NCBI GenBank assembly: GCA_030018605.1 | Contig: JASEHP010000001.1 | Location: forward strand, 1-36,459 | Source: Thermodesulfovibrionales bacterium | GTDB lineage: Bacteria > Nitrospirota > Thermodesulfovibrionia > Thermodesulfovibrionales > UBA1546 | DNA: 36,459 nucleotides | Direction of reading: 5' to 3' | Part shown: positions 32,846 to 36,459 of the stretch, in pieces | Layout: each line of letters starts with the position of its first letter | How positions within the stretch are numbered: position 1 is the first letter of the stretch | Translations under genes and position numbers: made by a program | The notes under the pieces: model-generated | What the model was told of the DNA's origin: nothing | The model's input: the letters and a program-made list of their open reading frames with translations, nothing else | Databases searched by the model: none

Positions 32846-33565
32846 ATGCCCTGGAGAGAAAAGTTAATAATAGCCCTTGATGTGTCAGAGCCTGACTATG
32901 CGCTTGAACTTGTGGATAAATTCGGGGAGCAGATAGAGATATACAAAGTCGGGCTGGAGCTTTTTACATCAGCGGGGCCAAAGATAATAGAAAAATTACA
33001 TAAAAGAAAGAAAAAGGTTTTTCTTGACCTTAAATTGCATGACATTCCTGCCACAGTTGTAAAGGCGGCGGTCGCCGCAACAAGGCTTGGTGTTTATATG
33101 TTCAATGTCCATGCGTCAGGCGGGTTTGAGATGATGAAGATGTGCAGAGATTCTGTAGTTGAACTCTGCCTTAAAGAGAATCTCCAGAAACCGAGGATGC
33201 TCGGAGTTACTGTTCTTACAAGCATGTCACAGGATGTCCTGAAGGCAGAGCTTGGGATTCAGCACAGCCTTAACACACATGTCAGGCATCTTTCTGCGCT
33301 CGCGCTAAAGGCAGGGCTGGACGGCGTTGTCGCATCAGGGCACGAGGTTGCTAAAATTAAAAGTCACTGCGGAAACAAATTTCTTATTGTTACGCCGGGC
33401 ATAAGGCCTTCGTGGCATCCTCCTGACGACCAGCACAGGACAATGACGCCGAAGCAGGCGTTAAAAGAAGGCGCTGATTATTTAGTTATGGGAAGGTCAA
33501 TTTTAAATCACAGCGACCCGCTGAAGGCGATAGAACTGGTTTCTCTGGAGATGATTACGGCGTAG
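32846..33565 (+). CDS. pyrF: Orotidine-5'-phosphate decarboxylase
   Basis: LIIALDV..., IYKVGLELF, FLDLKLHDIP, ...VTPGIRP.... GAGG SD. Confidence 0.9.
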   Translation: MPWREKLIIALDVSEPDYALELVDKFGEQIEIYKVGLELFTSAGPKIIEKLHKRKKKVFLDLKLHDIPATVVKAAVAATRLGVYMFNVHASGGFEMMKMCRDSVVELCLKENLQKPRMLGVTVLTSMSQDVLKAELGIQHSLNTHVRHLSALALKAGLDGVVASGHEVAKIKSHCGNKFLIVTPGIRPSWHPPDDQHRTMTPKQALKEGADYLVMGRSILNHSDPLKAIELVSLEMITA

Positions 33566-33598
33566 TGTGAGTCATTCAAAATAAGGTAAAATAGCAGG

Positions 33599-35083
33599 AT
33601 GGTTATGCCTGCTAAAAAAGATTTTCTGTTGTCCGCGAATGCCGGAACTGTCTCTCCGGTTTATAAGGAAATCCCTTATTTTTCTCCGCATCAGGTTTAT
33701 GAATCCTTCATATCTCAGAATACATTTCTTCTTGAAAGCGTGAAAGGCCCGGCAAATATTGCCCGCTATTCCTTCATCGGTTTTGACCCTTATTTAATAT
33801 TCAGGGTGAAAAACGGTTCCACAGAAATTACTTATAAAGGGCGGAAGGCAGTGTCAACAGGAAACCCTCTTGCAAGGCTTAAATCGCTTGTAACGGCATA
33901 CAAACAAAAACCTGTAAAGTCCCTGCCTCCTTTTCAGGGCGGCGCTGTTGGTTTATTAAGTTATGACTTTGTCCAGTATCTTGAGAAACTTCCAAAAACA
34001 ACTAAAGATGACCTGAAGATTCCCGACGCTCATTTTTTCATGATTGATAAACTGATAGTCTTTGACCATCTTGATAAGAAGGCGTGGATTATTGTCTGCC
34101 CCGGCGCAGGAGATACGGAATTGGGCTACAGGGACATGGATGGTAATTGGGAAGAAAAATATGATGAAGCAACTCAACTGATAGAGAAGATAAGCTCGGA
34201 AGTTAGCAAGCGCGAAAGTGTCAAAGAAACGACTTCAGTGCATTCGCGCTTCCGCTCTTCCGCGCTAAAACATGGTTTGTCTAAAAAACAATATATGGAT
34301 ATGGTAGGAAGGGCAAAAGAGTATATCGCTGCCGGAGATATATTTCAGGCAAATCTTTCCCTGAGGGTTTCTGCTGAAATCGGAGGGACAAATCCATGGG
34401 AGCTTTATAAGATTCTCCGCTCGATTAATCCTTCTCCGTTTGCCGGATACATTGATTTCGGGGATTATCAGATAGCCAGCTCTTCTCCAGAGAGGTTGTT
34501 AAAAATCGAGGGCGGTATTATTGAGACAAGGCCCATAGCAGGCACAAGGCCGAGGGGCATTGATATGAAAGAAGACGAACTCATGCGAGCCGAGCTTCTT
34601 CTTAATGAGAAAGAGAGGGCAGAGCATATAATGCTCATTGACCTTGAAAGAAATGATATCGGAAGAGTTTCTGATTACGGAAGCGTTCATGTGAATGAGC
34701 TTATGATAACAGAGGACTATTCCCATGTGATACATATCGTATCCAATATAAAGGGCAGTCTCGCTTCAGGCAAAACCTGTTTTGACGCGATAAAAGCTGC
34801 ATTCCCCGGAGGGACGATAACAGGTGTTCCCAAGGTCAGGTGCATGGAGATTATAGATGAGCTTGAGCCTGTCTCAAGAGGCTCTTACACAGGCTCTTTT
34901 GGCTATATAGGTTTCTCAGGCAGCACGGACCTGAATATAATCATCAGGACCTTTCTTATAAAAAAAGGGTTCGCATATGTTCAGGCAGGCGCAGGCATAG
35001 TCGCGGACTCCGACCCTGAAAAAGAATATTATGAAAGTCTAAAAAAAGCAGAGGCATTGATAAGGACGCTGGAGAGACTGTGA
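33599..35083 (+). CDS. Chorismate-utilising enzyme, anthranilate/aminodeoxychorismate synthase component I family
   Basis: FLLESV...RYSFIG, SSPERLLKI, ETRPIAGTRPRG, LNEKERAEHIMLIDLERND, FPGGTITGVPK, GAGIVADSDPEKEY. The LLES and PIAGT motifs lean towards TrpE, but no glutamine amidotransferase partner is adjacent. Confidence 0.85.
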   Translation: MVMPAKKDFLLSANAGTVSPVYKEIPYFSPHQVYESFISQNTFLLESVKGPANIARYSFIGFDPYLIFRVKNGSTEITYKGRKAVSTGNPLARLKSLVTAYKQKPVKSLPPFQGGAVGLLSYDFVQYLEKLPKTTKDDLKIPDAHFFMIDKLIVFDHLDKKAWIIVCPGAGDTELGYRDMDGNWEEKYDEATQLIEKISSEVSKRESVKETTSVHSRFRSSALKHGLSKKQYMDMVGRAKEYIAAGDIFQANLSLRVSAEIGGTNPWELYKILRSINPSPFAGYIDFGDYQIASSSPERLLKIEGGIIETRPIAGTRPRGIDMKEDELMRAELLLNEKERAEHIMLIDLERNDIGRVSDYGSVHVNELMITEDYSHVIHIVSNIKGSLASGKTCFDAIKAAFPGGTITGVPKVRCMEIIDELEPVSRGSYTGSFGYIGFSGSTDLNIIIRTFLIKKGFAYVQAGAGIVADSDPEKEYYESLKKAEALIRTLERL

Positions 35084-35085
35084 AT

Positions 35086-36129
35086 TTATTTTGTGAGCCA
35101 GCCTTTTTTCTCTTTTTCTTTCATTTTTTCTATTGTCTCATTTATTTTTATTTCTTTGAGTATAGTCAGAATCTCTTTCTGTTCTTCTCTTGATTCTTTA
35201 AGTTCATCGAGGAGTTCATTGATCGCAGATTTTATGCTGGCAAGCATATGGGTGTTTTCTCTCAGCTTATCAATCTGTTCTGATGAATATGCATGTGGTT
35301 CCTCGGTTTTTGGCTTTTCAAATTCCTGCCTGTTTTTTTTCGAAAATACCGGTTCCTGCTGGGGCAGGCAAGGTTGAGCAGGTTCCTCTAAGGCGGTTGT
35401 TTCTGAGAGTTCCAGAGAGAGCGAAGGAACTGCTGTTTCCTCTGTTTTGATAGTTTCTTCATAAGGCGGCGGCTGTTCTATGGTTTCTTCTGAAACTGCT
35501 GAAAAAAATTCTTCAGGCTGCGCAGGCGGCTGAATATCAAACTTATACTTATCTGAAAGGTCTTTGATAAGCAGTTTTGTTACAGTCTGCAAGGTTTCCT
35601 TTACGCCTTTACCGTTAACTGCCTCTGCCTCAAGATAGATATAACCGTGGCTGTTCAGGATTTCATTCAACTCGTCAACGGGCAGTATATTCGGCAGGTC
35701 TCTCTTGTTGTACTGCAGGACAAGGGCAATGTTGTCAGGATTTATATTGTTTGAAAGGAGATTTTCCTTCATAGCAGCGAAACTGTCCATATTTGTCTCC
35801 CTCACTTCCCTCTGTGAGTCGGCAACAAATACAACAGCGTCAGCGCCTTTAAGGATCACCTTTCTTGTCTGATTGTATTTGATCTGGCCGGGCACGGTGT
35901 ACAACTGAAATCTGATAGAGAAATCCTTTATTTTGCCGAGTTCAACCGGAAGAAAATCAAAAAACAGAGTCCTGTCGGTTTCTGTTGCTAATGAAACCAG
36001 CCTGCCTGTTTTCCCCGGGCCAAGCACTGAATGAAGATACTGAAGATTGGTTGTCTTTCCGCTTAAGCCAGGACCGTAATAAACGATTTTGAGCGTAACT
36101 TCTTTTGCAGCGTAATTAAAGAGAGCCAT
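35086..36129 (-). CDS. MglA-like Ras-superfamily GTPase with a ~150-aa acidic, Pro-rich and coiled-coil C-terminal extension
   Basis: MALFNYAAKEVTLKIVYYGPGLSGKTTNLQYL...TDRTLFFDFLP...YTVPGQ...FVADSQ...QYNKRDL closely parallels Myxococcus MglA as recalled (~195 aa). The tracked start at 36159 is a TTG inside a heptamer array. Confidence 0.8.
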   Translation of the reverse strand: MALFNYAAKEVTLKIVYYGPGLSGKTTNLQYLHSVLGPGKTGRLVSLATETDRTLFFDFLPVELGKIKDFSIRFQLYTVPGQIKYNQTRKVILKGADAVVFVADSQREVRETNMDSFAAMKENLLSNNINPDNIALVLQYNKRDLPNILPVDELNEILNSHGYIYLEAEAVNGKGVKETLQTVTKLLIKDLSDKYKFDIQPPAQPEEFFSAVSEETIEQPPPYEETIKTEETAVPSLSLELSETTALEEPAQPCLPQQEPVFSKKNRQEFEKPKTEEPHAYSSEQIDKLRENTHMLASIKSAINELLDELKESREEQKEILTILKEIKINETIEKMKEKEKKGWLTK

Positions 36130-36139
36130 GACCTTAAAA

Positions 36140-36198
36140 TTCCAAATTCCAAATTCCAAATTCCAAATATTTGGTTATTGAGATTTGGTCATTGGTCA
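36140..36198. repeat. Heptamer arrays (TTCCAAA)x4, then TAT, then TTGGTTA TTGAGAT TTGGTCA TTGGTCA
   Basis: Read directly. They fill the spacer between the GGDEF fragment stop and the MglA-like start. Confidence 0.9.
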
Positions 36199-36203
36199 TT
36201 TTC

Positions 36204-36380
36204 TTACGATATAGCATAAACCCCGTTTCTGGTGGTATATTTTACCCTGTACATTGCTTCATCTGCCAGGCGAATAAGGTCTTCTTTGGTCTTTGCGCTT
36301 TCAGGATACGATGCAACACCAAAGCTTGCAGTCATTTTAAGAGTATAACCTTCTTTTTTAAGAAATGTATTCTGCTCGCA
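36204..36380 (-). pseudogene. C-terminal remnant (58 codons) of a GGDEF diguanylate cyclase gene
   Basis: It translates to ...EGYTLKMTASFGVASYPESAKTKEDLIRLADEAMYRVKYTTRNGVYAIS*, the usual end of a GGDEF domain. An in-frame stop at 36381-36383 cuts it off. Not in the ORF track. Confidence 0.7.
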
Positions 36381-36437
36381 TTAAATCATCTAAAATGTAA
36401 CCGAGAAGGTACTGGTTAAATCATCTAAAATGTAACC
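36381..36437. repeat. Two perfect 22-bp direct repeats TTAAATCATCTAAAATGTAACC separated by 13 bp
   Basis: Copies at 36381-36402 and 36416-36437. The first begins exactly where GGDEF homology ends. The window ends 22 bp later. Confidence 0.85.
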
Positions 36438-36459
36438 CAAAACATATGGTATAGGGGGT

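Noticed and set aside
36130-36159. Upstream start (MEFGIWNFKV...) for the MglA-like gene
   Set aside because: That start is a TTG, and the ten extra codons are simply the TTCCAAA heptamer array read on the other strand. MglA homology begins at the ATG at 36129 (MALFNY...).
36381-36437. Possible CRISPR array
   Set aside because: There are only two repeat copies, the repeats are 22 bp, and the spacer is just 13 bp. No cas genes are present in the window.
1-36459. tRNA, rRNA, riboswitch or prophage content
   Set aside because: I found no T-arm/acceptor-like tRNA signatures, rRNA-like stretches or phage structural genes when reading both strands. This was a visual scan only, so small ncRNAs cannot be excluded.

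Overview
This 36.5 kb window looks like chromosome from a diderm, probably anaerobic or microaerophilic, uncultivated bacterium. BamA, TamB, RodZ and GlnD are present, and the sequence is AT-rich by eye. I saw no rRNA, tRNA or CRISPR array.

The main feature is a minus-strand respiratory island at about 1.4-13.9 kb:
- a haem-c-containing sensor kinase plus an OmpR-type regulator;
- an octahaem CXXCK (NrfA/TvNiR-like) nitrite reductase;
- a small monohaem cytochrome;
- a very large (1111 aa) TAT-exported NapA-like molybdoenzyme;
- a TPR protein and a parvulin lipoprotein;
- NapG, NapH and NapD.

No NapB, NapC or NrfH is present. I read the island as an unusual self-contained periplasmic nitrate-to-ammonium module.

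The left edge carries nested IS debris: an IS256-type end inside an ISNCY-type transposase gene, itself inside a TlpA-like gene.

A second block at 14.3-16.6 kb has a Crp-family regulator and a divergent promoter with two TATGA-N6-TCATA palindromes. That promoter drives DUF1858, Cys-rich and mini zinc-ribbon genes in one direction. In the other direction it drives a 4-TM protein resembling the haem-ligand helices of haem-copper oxidase subunit I.

The rest is mostly housekeeping: rodZ, fabF, hicBA, glnD-tamB-bamA, lemA-TPM-TPM, dcd, pyrF, a trpE/pabB-type gene and an MglA-like GTPase with a long tail.

Two kinds of repeat run across the window:
- Short tandem heptamer/octamer arrays lie in intergenic DNA and, in frame, inside napH and fabF.
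- A hairpin MITE of about 180-190 bp occurs twice. One copy is inserted in frame, with no stop codons, into a signal-peptide coding region.

All calls come from reading the sequence and ORF translations. No database search was run.
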